DNA of 64,000 nucleotides. Origin: Naegleria gruberi. Its lineage: Eukaryota. The stretch lies in assembly GCA_000004985.1 (NCBI GenBank), contig GG738880.1. One strand, written 5' to 3'. Position numbers and translations under genes: made by a program. Shown here one piece after another: positions 33,901 to 43,700 of this stretch. Under the pieces are notes generated by a model. That model searched no databases, was not told the DNA's origin, and saw only the letters and a list, made by a program, of their open reading frames with translations. The number at the start of each line of letters is the position of its first letter. Positions within the stretch are counted from its first letter, which is position 1.

Positions 33901-36900
33901 TTCATATTCAAAGAATTACCAAATATTCCTCCTATTCCTCGCCATTACCACCCAAATTCTCACGAGTTGGTTATTAAACTCGATTCCAAACATTTGAGAG
34001 TACAACAAATTCCAAACTTGGAAAATAGTTTATTGACTAAGATTTTACCATTATCTAGTGAACTTATTATTTATCCAAAGGAATTGAATTTAACAAAGAA
34101 AGATTTTAAGAATATCACAGTTAAAGTTTCATTCCTAAATGAGCAAAAGAAACCAATGAATGTATTTTATCCAAAGTTTTCCAGAAATCCTGAAAGAAAT
34201 TCTAGAGTTCCTTATAGATTTACATCTGTTTCTGTTGGTAATAGACAACCAGAATTTTGTGATGAGCTGAAGTGTATTTTACCATGCAGAATAACGAATT
34301 ATAGTTTACAATTTGAATTCTTAAACGTTCTCCATAAGGAAAATTTAATTTTGAAAAATCATCGTGAAGATGTCCAAAGAATTGGTTATGCCATTGTTCA
34401 TTTGGCTGAAGCTGCATTGAATGGAACCGAAATGAAGTTAGAAATTTACACAGAGAAAAAGGAAGCCAATGTTGTTAAAACTGAAAAAGTTGATGGTTAC
34501 TTTACATTCCAACTCTATTCAAGATCAATTGCATTCCCTACTGATAATAATTTAATGTCATTCTTTGATACTTTGGATTTATTCCAAAAGAGAAATTATT
34601 TCAAAAAGATGAGTAGAAAACGTGATTCTGATGATGACTTTTTCCTAATTTCTCCTGACCTTTCTCTTGTTTTACCAAATCTCAAATTGCTTGGAGTACA
34701 ACACATGGCCTTTGCTCCAGTTATTTTGAATCAACTTTTCCTATTGTATTTTGATATTGGTACAGATGATGAAGACACTCAACATGAAATATTTGTTGCA
34801 ATTATTGATATGATTGACAAGTATAGAACAGAACATCGTACAATAGTTCCTGGTTGGATTAAATTCCAATTTACAAGTGTTTTCCCTGATTATATGATGG
34901 AGAGATTGCCAACTATTGCCAAGTCTGTCAAGTACATTTTGGAAAGAGATGATTATGACAGTAAGATTATTAAGAATGCCAATTACTTATTCTCTATTTT
35001 ACTTAAAGCTATGGTTGTTCATATGGACTTTAGAAAGAACAAGATGCAAAACGCTGATCATGATTTTAGTGAAACTTTCTATGAAACTATTAACACAATT
35101 ACAACCAAGTCTTTTAGAAATTTATTGAAGAGAAATATTTCCAAGACTAGACCAGTTACTATTATCAATACTACAGTCATTTTTGCTCAGTTCTTAAAGG
35201 TTTTGCTTACAATTTTGGACAAACCTTATGTAATGAAACTAATTGCATCATTTGTAGAGTTAATTCCATTGATTACTCCAACCGAATCTGAAATGGGAAA
35301 GAATAAGAACACCATATTGGAATGTATTGCTAATTTGCAAGTAATCACTTACAAGGAAGTATTTTCCTACGATAATTATCTTCAATTATTTGTTCCAGAA
35401 TCTATTGAAAAAATTTTACAAAATGATAGTCTTCCACCATTGGATGATACCCACTTCTTATTCTCATCCTTTGTTGATACAGTAATCAAGAATTTGGTAA
35501 ATCCACTCAAGGAAACTAGAAATCATACTGCTCTAGTTTTTAGAGAATTCCTCTACAAGCTCATGTCTACCTCTAGGAATTCTACATTGGAAGAAATACC
35601 AGAAGCATCCGACAGAATCAACTTAATGACCTTTGAGTTTGTTGATAAATTCTTGGGCATTCTTCAAGATTGGAGATCTGAAGTTGAAAAGAGTGTAAAT
35701 TCCAATAAGAAAAAGATGAATGAATGTAAAAAGAGAAAGATTATGATTCAACAACAATTGGCTGCCAAGAAGGAATCTCAAAGAGCTGCTAGTGAAAGCT
35801 CCCTTGCTGGTATTCAATTGGAAATGTTGAACAAGGAAATTATTGTTTTGGAAACTAACTTTAAGCAATTCGAAGGAATGATCAACAAAACTAAAGAAGA
35901 ATTGAAGAAAGATATGAAGGAGTCATTCAAAGAAAAGAGACAATTGATAACTTGTGTTTTCCATATTTTGAAGAATACTGAACAAAGATATATCAAGAAA
36001 TGGTTGAAACAAATTAATATTACAAAGAGATTACAATTCTTGCAAATGATGCAATTAATTCTTCAATCATTTGAATATCAAAGTGAAGCATATTACAAGG
36101 TTTTCTATGAACATTATTACAATACTCAAGTGAAAGTCAAGAATAAGGTTAATGCTGATTTGTCTAGTAACAACTCAACTTCAACTGCCACTGTCTCTGC
36201 TAATGCCTCCTCTGCTTCTTCTCTTCTTAGCAATCCACAAGCACTTCAAGCATCTACCAATATTTCTTCCATCTCTCAAAGTAATGAAGCATTATCAACA
36301 GATACTCTTGCAGATATTGGTACCTATGTTGCAGGTGATATTGAAGAAATTACTTCTCCAAAAACAGCAACATCAGAACTTGTTAAAGCTGGTGCTTCAT
36401 TGATGAAGAAGAAGAATAAGCAAGGATTTTTCTCAAAGCTCATTCCTAACTTTGTTAGTTCAGATCAAAATCTCAAGACTGATATCAAAGAACTTAGAAC
36501 ATTATCAAAGGCAAGATTATTAGATTCTGCTGATAAGACAAAGTCTGTCAAATTGGAAACTAACTCATCTATCTATGTTAAGAAGTGTGTTAATATTGAA
36601 CAAAATTGGTCAAGAGAAGTCTCTAACTATGTTTTTGAATTATTAGTGTTCTGTATTGAGGAAATTATGACAGAAAAGACTGATCATCACTTGGATTCTG
36701 CAAGTATTTTGGAAAATGTTGTCAAGATTTTCCTTACCTTCTTACGTATTAATCAACCAGAAGATGTATTGATCAATGTTTTGATCTATTTGAAATGCTT
36801 CTTTGCTAATCATTACAAACAAGTATTTGACGAGGAAGCAAATGCTCAATATCCAACATTATTCTGTGAATGTTTAATGATGCACTGTAATTCATCTATT

Positions 36901-38934
36901 CCAGAGGTCAGAAGCCATGCTACTGCCTGTCTCTATCTTCTTATCAGATACATGTATATTATTAATTATAATACCATTTTGAAACCACAAGTTTTAACAA
37001 CACTTGCCCTTTCAAAGACCTTACAAAAATATGTTTCTCCAGTTGTTAACATTACTTATTTAAAGTCAGCAATTGATGCTATTGGAAGATATGCTTATTT
37101 GGACCCTGATCCACCAATTTCAGTTCAACAAACATTGAATAATCAAACAACTCAATCAACAGCTGCAACTGAAACAAAGACCTTGTCAACTCTTGATTCA
37201 TTCTTTAGAAAAATGGAACAAAGAGTTAAATTATTATCTGCTATCAAGGAAAGAAAGGAAGAATCAACATTTGCAGAAGAAGTCAATACTCAAGTTTGTA
37301 AAAAGTTGCAATCTTTATTACACGACACAACAAGTGTTAAATCAACTCTTGCCCTTGAAGATATTCACAAAACTGAAGATTTATTCTTGAGAATTTCACA
37401 AGTCTATACCAGAATTCCAGAGTTAAGATTTGTTTGGTTGAATCAATTGGCTGCTAATCATTACAAGAATGGTCAATATTTGGAAGCAAGTCAATGTTAT
37501 ATGACAATTTTATCACTTGTTTTTGATCATTTGAAATCTATTAATTCTCCAATTCTTGCTGGTATTTCAGTTCAATCATTCTTTGCCATTTCGCCACTCA
37601 AGAGAAAGACAAGCGCTGATAAGTTAACAAGTGCAAATCCTAACAATAGAAATGCAATGAATGATTGCTTTATTTCAAATCAAGCAGTTGAATTTACTGA
37701 ATATGGTATTATTCAATTATTATCCAAAGCTGTGGAATGCTTAGAATTAGCAGAATACTTTGAAAGTTGTATTGTTTTAGAAAGACTTTCACTTCCATTC
37801 TTAGAAAGATCTAATGATTGGATAAGACTTTCAAATGCCTATCATCATTTACAAGATTTATGTGATCGTTTGAAGAAACCAGATCGTTTAGAACCATACT
37901 ATTACAAGATTGAATTGGTGAACTTCCCACCAGAAAGATCTCAACCTAATCATATTTACAAAATGCCAAAACTTTTCAAATTATTCAAGATGAACAAGTG
38001 GGTTCAAGAAAAGTTTGGTTCTCCATTCGTAAATGAACAAATGGAAGTTGTAAGTGGTGCAAAGAAGGTTGATATCGATCCAAACAAACGTTACATCTTC
38101 TTGACTCCTGTTAAACCATTAACAAAGAGTGTCAAACCAATAATTATTGGAAATCAAAAGATTTCTAAATATGAAGGAAATATCAGAAAGTTCTATTATG
38201 AATCAGCTTATGGGAAAAAGACTGAAGTTGTAACTGAAGCTTACAAGAAGAAAGTTATTATTACATGTATGGATTATTTCCCTAACATGAAAACACGTCT
38301 CCAGATTGAATCTGAGGAGGAAGTCATCTTGACACCAATTGAAGCTGCCATTGAAAATATTGAATCTCAAATTTCCAAACTTAGAGAAGCTCTTCAAATC
38401 CCAGGAGACGATGAAATTGATATTTCACAAATCAAGACAGGTAATAATATTGACTTGGCAAATCTTCAACTTGTTTTACAAGGTTCTATCAAGGCAACAG
38501 TTCAAGGCGGTCCAGCAAGTATTGTTGAAGGTTTCCTCAAGATGGATCAACGTCCACTCTATGCAGTTGAGCACATTATTAACTTGAACAGAAAGTGTCA
38601 TGTATTTTTAAAGTTATGTGAAGAGGCTGTTAAGGTAGAAAATCAACTCATGGATAAGGCAACTGAAAGAGCTTTCCATCAAGAAATGGAAAAGGGTTTA
38701 ATCGAAACTCAGCAATTATTCGCAGAACATTTAACACCACTCGATGAAATGTTTTATTCACAATCTCAAAATTACAACAATTATTCGCCTGAAGATTCAG
38801 AAATGAATAGAGGAAGCGTTATTGGAGACATTCCAATGATTCGTAATTTTAGATTCTCAATGCCACAGCATGAACTAACACAATTAGGTATGAACTATGA
38901 AGAAGAATCAGATGATAGAGATTTCATTCAATAA
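30970..38934 (+). CDS. DOCK-family (DHR-1/DHR-2) Rho-GTPase guanine-nucleotide exchange factor, 2654 aa, single exon, with an N-terminal ankyrin-like segment
   Basis: The C-terminal DHR-2 region aligns with DOCK180-type proteins: ELRFVWLNQLAANHYKNGQYLEASQCYMT; VILTPIEAAIENIESQISKL (compare VLTPIEVAIEDMKKK); LQLVLQGSIKATVQGGP (compare LQMVLQGSVGATVNQGP). The N-terminus has an ankyrin-like GQTALHVAFKLAQFEIVKYLV...DDNGHTPFDVAMNNKH. The frame is an uninterrupted 7.96 kb ORF. Confidence 0.8.
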   Translation: MNSSENVVTDQKTTSSTSPNTTQPTTTTSITNSSSQRANESFRKMKERLSLTSDEMVGDCVDEEEEEYSLQSMEQNINSLHTIIDKLTTIFKPLFNETSNQTNTSLTITKIEPQFGPLQKQTQVTINFSIPFVVQQTNTTTNNKTNVIPLDRYKVIFGKFIIEPQNIQSNTLQFLTPSIDNNQNSYEIKVLDLESYQFISSNPAISFTFLTDPKEEALTDLNRVKDLFNQKKNELLHEKTYSNGQTALHVAFKLAQFEIVKYLVLQSDEFDCLVQQDDNGHTPFDVAMNNKHYLFLTKIIDWLKQVVKNKLQFQQNQFLNMPSNNINSGASPISVPSLNLSNNSTPLTSSQSFISSNSNTLASPIGGSYSARDLNSVTSATSSARSSLDRHRGSFDKRRSRDLTITTSLTPKKINSPTSNFDSSVSENFGTPNNHQTSDATPNSAPHISSSVPTQSPLTNFRTTTDISDDIVTNGINSRKSNHKRVLTNLGSQKNQSTPVMLDDESTEDDSDSAAIYSAVTPVKLQATVEEREEEAISNLIVKYRLDQYSDIYKEMLDRNDPLVHKITRKIEMRDDWDNSFKKRKETMLVPLTREKSYLEEVQLERRANPFKPSIYYDEEVDDGYTEGTLLLSQFHEDSSKLLPYNVLSTIQTMSSDFIIVSFKSLDTKVRDVVFNVDDLKQVSYEIDILDRKKIDDKRKKAQKSNESPTAADELDVSLVLPGKQKLLAIEGLQEPEFLLATFEDVFPCEDQQKVTNDDTKLLYSDFEWEPSHIDPTSQYLFELKGFELDVNKKLDIPLEEAYFVTVSLYTYTDKAFKKISEDVEFKIETHPKEEDTITKLKAMFSVQKNFESKVVALFKFFRRFKGELTETLNDLYTQKAEKVKQGDVKKYFTKNEKLCTFPGVASSISIFGWSAIHLQDCLKRSEVVLSDSLYILPRKCRTGDAILLDSYLDVYTNAVERESKPLMKKTIYGKLSFIFKELPNIPPIPRHYHPNSHELVIKLDSKHLRVQQIPNLENSLLTKILPLSSELIIYPKELNLTKKDFKNITVKVSFLNEQKKPMNVFYPKFSRNPERNSRVPYRFTSVSVGNRQPEFCDELKCILPCRITNYSLQFEFLNVLHKENLILKNHREDVQRIGYAIVHLAEAALNGTEMKLEIYTEKKEANVVKTEKVDGYFTFQLYSRSIAFPTDNNLMSFFDTLDLFQKRNYFKKMSRKRDSDDDFFLISPDLSLVLPNLKLLGVQHMAFAPVILNQLFLLYFDIGTDDEDTQHEIFVAIIDMIDKYRTEHRTIVPGWIKFQFTSVFPDYMMERLPTIAKSVKYILERDDYDSKIIKNANYLFSILLKAMVVHMDFRKNKMQNADHDFSETFYETINTITTKSFRNLLKRNISKTRPVTIINTTVIFAQFLKVLLTILDKPYVMKLIASFVELIPLITPTESEMGKNKNTILECIANLQVITYKEVFSYDNYLQLFVPESIEKILQNDSLPPLDDTHFLFSSFVDTVIKNLVNPLKETRNHTALVFREFLYKLMSTSRNSTLEEIPEASDRINLMTFEFVDKFLGILQDWRSEVEKSVNSNKKKMNECKKRKIMIQQQLAAKKESQRAASESSLAGIQLEMLNKEIIVLETNFKQFEGMINKTKEELKKDMKESFKEKRQLITCVFHILKNTEQRYIKKWLKQINITKRLQFLQMMQLILQSFEYQSEAYYKVFYEHYYNTQVKVKNKVNADLSSNNSTSTATVSANASSASSLLSNPQALQASTNISSISQSNEALSTDTLADIGTYVAGDIEEITSPKTATSELVKAGASLMKKKNKQGFFSKLIPNFVSSDQNLKTDIKELRTLSKARLLDSADKTKSVKLETNSSIYVKKCVNIEQNWSREVSNYVFELLVFCIEEIMTEKTDHHLDSASILENVVKIFLTFLRINQPEDVLINVLIYLKCFFANHYKQVFDEEANAQYPTLFCECLMMHCNSSIPEVRSHATACLYLLIRYMYIINYNTILKPQVLTTLALSKTLQKYVSPVVNITYLKSAIDAIGRYAYLDPDPPISVQQTLNNQTTQSTAATETKTLSTLDSFFRKMEQRVKLLSAIKERKEESTFAEEVNTQVCKKLQSLLHDTTSVKSTLALEDIHKTEDLFLRISQVYTRIPELRFVWLNQLAANHYKNGQYLEASQCYMTILSLVFDHLKSINSPILAGISVQSFFAISPLKRKTSADKLTSANPNNRNAMNDCFISNQAVEFTEYGIIQLLSKAVECLELAEYFESCIVLERLSLPFLERSNDWIRLSNAYHHLQDLCDRLKKPDRLEPYYYKIELVNFPPERSQPNHIYKMPKLFKLFKMNKWVQEKFGSPFVNEQMEVVSGAKKVDIDPNKRYIFLTPVKPLTKSVKPIIIGNQKISKYEGNIRKFYYESAYGKKTEVVTEAYKKKVIITCMDYFPNMKTRLQIESEEEVILTPIEAAIENIESQISKLREALQIPGDDEIDISQIKTGNNIDLANLQLVLQGSIKATVQGGPASIVEGFLKMDQRPLYAVEHIINLNRKCHVFLKLCEEAVKVENQLMDKATERAFHQEMEKGLIETQQLFAEHLTPLDEMFYSQSQNYNNYSPEDSEMNRGSVIGDIPMIRNFRFSMPQHELTQLGMNYEEESDDRDFIQ

Positions 38935-39138
38935 GTTAAATAAATTCATCATGATCGTTCCAGTAAACAATGTCAAACATCTATTGAGAAATGATATACA
39001 GAGTTGGTATTAGCTGAAAGTGGTTTTAACTGCAGAAATTAAGAAGATCCTCAACTTCAAAACAATTCACAGTCTATGCAATTTGGCATATCCTAATATT
39101 CAAAGATTTTGCAAAATTGGTAAATAATTTATTAATTA

Positions 39139-39450
39139 AAAGAGACCTTTAACTTCTTCTGTTTCTGGGTCAATATCGATCAAAAGGTAGGCAGGACGAG
39201 TTGGAAGACCTGGAAGTGCAGAAATATCACCACAGAAAGGAACCAACAAACCAGCACCACTGTATAATCTGATACTCTTAATTGGGAGAATGAAACCACT
39301 TGGAGCACCCTTCAATTTTTCGTCATGAGAGAAACTGTATTGAGTTTTAGCAAAACAAATAGAATACTTTTCTGGCAACTTGTCCAATTTTTGAATTTCC
39401 TTTTCAGCAGCTTCAGCATATTCAACACCAGCAGCTCCATAAATTTCCTT
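39139..39450 (-). CDS. Formate-tetrahydrofolate ligase (FTHFS / C1-THF synthase) C-terminal fragment; upstream part lost in the N-gap
   Basis: The translation IYGAAGVEYAEAAEKEIQKLDKLPEKYSICFAKTQYSFSHDEKLKGAPSGFILPIKSIRLYSGAGLLVPFCGDISALPGLPTRPAYLLIDIDPETEEVKGLF* matches the conserved FTHFS C-terminus (ICMAKTQYSFSDDP..GAP.GF.LPIR......GAGF.......M.TMPGLP..P....ID.D...G...GLF). Confidence 0.7.
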
Positions 39451-39500
39451 NNNNNNNNNNNNNNNNNNNNNNNNNNNNNNNNNNNNNNNNNNNNNNNNNN
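39451..39500. other. Assembly gap (50 N)
   Basis: A run of n. Confidence 1.
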
Positions 39501-40722
39501 TCTCAATATAACGATGATATTGATGATGAAAATTATGAAAAGAAATTAGAAAATGCATTTAATAGTGAAAAATCATTACTTTTATCTAATAGTAATAATA
39601 ATATTTCCTATTATGATAATAATGGTAAATTCTATTAATAATAATTATAATGAAATTCCAATTTTAGTTGAAAAGAAAAGATTTTCAAATTTTACAAAAA
39701 TATTTCAATCAGAATCAATGAAGAGAGTTAGAAGATGGATAGCATTTATTGTTGGTTGTTTTATAATGACTGCAAGTGGTACTCCTTATTCATTTTCATC
39801 TATTAGTCCTTCTCTAAAAAAGTAAGTTTTTAATTTTATTTAAATATAATTTATTTTAATTATTATTATTTTTTTTAATTTAATTTTATAATATTATGAA
39901 AATAGAACATTTTTATTATCACAAAGTGAAGGTATGTTACAATTATATTGTTTTATTAAAATAATAATATTTCTATAAATAGTAAATTTAATAGGAACAT
40001 CAGCCAATTTAGGATCTAATTTTAGTTTTATATTTTCATTTGTAAATGATATATTTGGATCTAGAATTAGTAGTTTATTAGCAGGAGCATGTTTATTTTT
40101 TTCATATTTTTCCATGTCCTTAATTGTAACTGGTAATTTACCATTTATAGATCCATATATAGCATTTTGTTTTTTAATGTTTTTAATGGGAAGTGCATGT
40201 GGAGGTGGTTTTATATCTTCAATTTCTACTTCAATGAAGAATTTTCCAGAAAGAAATAGAGGTCTAGTTAGTATGTATTTAATTTTATTTAATGTTTATT
40301 TAATATTTTTATTTTTTTATTTATTTAATTTTATATTTAAATATATAAGTTGGAGTATTATCATCTTGTTATGGTATTAGTAGTGCAATATATTCAGGTG
40401 CATATTTATATATATTTCAACAAGATTTAGAAATTTATTTAATATTTTGTGCTGTATTAGGAGGTGTTGTAGTAATGATAATGGGTCCTATATTTTTAGA
40501 TAGTAAGGCTAATTCACTTACTATAAATAGTAATAATAATAAGAATAATCAAATTGATAATAATAATCAAATTGAAAATGAAAATGAATCATCCAATGTA
40601 GATAACGTAGATAATTTACAAGATGATAATGTAAATAATAATTTAAAAGAAAATAATTTAAAAGAAAATGAAACTTTAAAAGAAAGAATTACCAAAATAG
40701 AATTAAAATTAAAAGAAAATGA
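39501..40722 (+). pseudogene. Second, partial and frameshifted copy of the nodulin-like MFS transporter 5' region (exons 1-3 plus the start of exon 4), bounded by gaps on both sides
   Basis: It matches 2462-3702 almost base for base. A 1-nt insertion (aataatgGtaaattc at ~39624, against aataatgtaaattc at 2581) shifts exon 1 into a stop (YDNNGKFY*). Other differences are a tcc/tct and an aaa/att substitution, a 9-nt in-frame deletion in the Asn/Asp-rich loop, and intron indels. The copy could be a real paralogous pseudogene, an allelic haplotig, or a low-quality contig end. Confidence 0.45.
39501..40722. repeat. Copy B of the about 1.22 kb segmental duplication (copy A is 2462-3702)
   Basis: See copy A. 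Confidence 0.85.
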
Positions 40723-43700
40723 NNNNNNNNNNNNNNNNNNNNNNNNNNNNNNNNNNNNNNNNNNNNNNNNNNNNNNNNNNNNNNNNNNNNNNNNNNNNNN
40801 NNNNNNNNNNNNNNNNNNNNNNNNNNNNNNNNNNNNNNNNNNNNNNNNNNNNNNNNNNNNNNNNNNNNNNNNNNNNNNNNNNNNNNNNNNNNNNNNNNNN
40901 NNNNNNNNNNNNNNNNNNNNNNNNNNNNNNNNNNNNNNNNNNNNNNNNNNNNNNNNNNNNNNNNNNNNNNNNNNNNNNNNNNNNNNNNNNNNNNNNNNNN
41001 NNNNNNNNNNNNNNNNNNNNNNNNNNNNNNNNNNNNNNNNNNNNNNNNNNNNNNNNNNNNNNNNNNNNNNNNNNNNNNNNNNNNNNNNNNNNNNNNNNNN
41101 NNNNNNNNNNNNNNNNNNNNNNNNNNNNNNNNNNNNNNNNNNNNNNNNNNNNNNNNNNNNNNNNNNNNNNNNNNNNNNNNNNNNNNNNNNNNNNNNNNNN
41201 NNNNNNNNNNNNNNNNNNNNNNNNNNNNNNNNNNNNNNNNNNNNNNNNNNNNNNNNNNNNNNNNNNNNNNNNNNNNNNNNNNNNNNNNNNNNNNNNNNNN
41301 NNNNNNNNNNNNNNNNNNNNNNNNNNNNNNNNNNNNNNNNNNNNNNNNNNNNNNNNNNNNNNNNNNNNNNNNNNNNNNNNNNNNNNNNNNNNNNNNNNNN
41401 NNNNNNNNNNNNNNNNNNNNNNNNNNNNNNNNNNNNNNNNNNNNNNNNNNNNNNNNNNNNNNNNNNNNNNNNNNNNNNNNNNNNNNNNNNNNNNNNNNNN
41501 NNNNNNNNNNNNNNNNNNNNNNNNNNNNNNNNNNNNNNNNNNNNNNNNNNNNNNNNNNNNNNNNNNNNNNNNNNNNNNNNNNNNNNNNNNNNNNNNNNNN
41601 NNNNNNNNNNNNNNNNNNNNNNNNNNNNNNNNNNNNNNNNNNNNNNNNNNNNNNNNNNNNNNNNNNNNNNNNNNNNNNNNNNNNNNNNNNNNNNNNNNNN
41701 NNNNNNNNNNNNNNNNNNNNNNNNNNNNNNNNNNNNNNNNNNNNNNNNNNNNNNNNNNNNNNNNNNNNNNNNNNNNNNNNNNNNNNNNNNNNNNNNNNNN
41801 NNNNNNNNNNNNNNNNNNNNNNNNNNNNNNNNNNNNNNNNNNNNNNNNNNNNNNNNNNNNNNNNNNNNNNNNNNNNNNNNNNNNNNNNNNNNNNNNNNNN
41901 NNNNNNNNNNNNNNNNNNNNNNNNNNNNNNNNNNNNNNNNNNNNNNNNNNNNNNNNNNNNNNNNNNNNNNNNNNNNNNNNNNNNNNNNNNNNNNNNNNNN
42001 NNNNNNNNNNNNNNNNNNNNNNNNNNNNNNNNNNNNNNNNNNNNNNNNNNNNNNNNNNNNNNNNNNNNNNNNNNNNNNNNNNNNNNNNNNNNNNNNNNNN
42101 NNNNNNNNNNNNNNNNNNNNNNNNNNNNNNNNNNNNNNNNNNNNNNNNNNNNNNNNNNNNNNNNNNNNNNNNNNNNNNNNNNNNNNNNNNNNNNNNNNNN
42201 NNNNNNNNNNNNNNNNNNNNNNNNNNNNNNNNNNNNNNNNNNNNNNNNNNNNNNNNNNNNNNNNNNNNNNNNNNNNNNNNNNNNNNNNNNNNNNNNNNNN
42301 NNNNNNNNNNNNNNNNNNNNNNNNNNNNNNNNNNNNNNNNNNNNNNNNNNNNNNNNNNNNNNNNNNNNNNNNNNNNNNNNNNNNNNNNNNNNNNNNNNNN
42401 NNNNNNNNNNNNNNNNNNNNNNNNNNNNNNNNNNNNNNNNNNNNNNNNNNNNNNNNNNNNNNNNNNNNNNNNNNNNNNNNNNNNNNNNNNNNNNNNNNNN
42501 NNNNNNNNNNNNNNNNNNNNNNNNNNNNNNNNNNNNNNNNNNNNNNNNNNNNNNNNNNNNNNNNNNNNNNNNNNNNNNNNNNNNNNNNNNNNNNNNNNNN
42601 NNNNNNNNNNNNNNNNNNNNNNNNNNNNNNNNNNNNNNNNNNNNNNNNNNNNNNNNNNNNNNNNNNNNNNNNNNNNNNNNNNNNNNNNNNNNNNNNNNNN
42701 NNNNNNNNNNNNNNNNNNNNNNNNNNNNNNNNNNNNNNNNNNNNNNNNNNNNNNNNNNNNNNNNNNNNNNNNNNNNNNNNNNNNNNNNNNNNNNNNNNNN
42801 NNNNNNNNNNNNNNNNNNNNNNNNNNNNNNNNNNNNNNNNNNNNNNNNNNNNNNNNNNNNNNNNNNNNNNNNNNNNNNNNNNNNNNNNNNNNNNNNNNNN
42901 NNNNNNNNNNNNNNNNNNNNNNNNNNNNNNNNNNNNNNNNNNNNNNNNNNNNNNNNNNNNNNNNNNNNNNNNNNNNNNNNNNNNNNNNNNNNNNNNNNNN
43001 NNNNNNNNNNNNNNNNNNNNNNNNNNNNNNNNNNNNNNNNNNNNNNNNNNNNNNNNNNNNNNNNNNNNNNNNNNNNNNNNNNNNNNNNNNNNNNNNNNNN
43101 NNNNNNNNNNNNNNNNNNNNNNNNNNNNNNNNNNNNNNNNNNNNNNNNNNNNNNNNNNNNNNNNNNNNNNNNNNNNNNNNNNNNNNNNNNNNNNNNNNNN
43201 NNNNNNNNNNNNNNNNNNNNNNNNNNNNNNNNNNNNNNNNNNNNNNNNNNNNNNNNNNNNNNNNNNNNNNNNNNNNNNNNNNNNNNNNNNNNNNNNNNNN
43301 NNNNNNNNNNNNNNNNNNNNNNNNNNNNNNNNNNNNNNNNNNNNNNNNNNNNNNNNNNNNNNNNNNNNNNNNNNNNNNNNNNNNNNNNNNNNNNNNNNNN
43401 NNNNNNNNNNNNNNNNNNNNNNNNNNNNNNNNNNNNNNNNNNNNNNNNNNNNNNNNNNNNNNNNNNNNNNNNNNNNNNNNNNNNNNNNNNNNNNNNNNNN
43501 NNNNNNNNNNNNNNNNNNNNNNNNNNNNNNNNNNNNNNNNNNNNNNNNNNNNNNNNNNNNNNNNNNNNNNNNNNNNNNNNNNNNNNNNNNNNNNNNNNNN
43601 NNNNNNNNNNNNNNNNNNNNNNNNNNNNNNNNNNNNNNNNNNNNNNNNNNNNNNNNNNNNNNNNNNNNNNNNNNNNNNNNNNNNNNNNNNNNNNNNNNNN

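Noticed and set aside
1-40722. A prokaryote-style defence island or novel system (CRISPR array, operon, mobile element)
   Set aside because: The sequence is clearly eukaryotic. It has spliced genes, polyN/polyQ proteins, and no Shine-Dalgarno or operon structure. No direct-repeat/spacer array, integrase, transposase or LTR-like terminal repeats were seen. The only repeats are the gap-flanked 1.2-kb duplication, an 87-nt coding tandem repeat and simple triplet runs.
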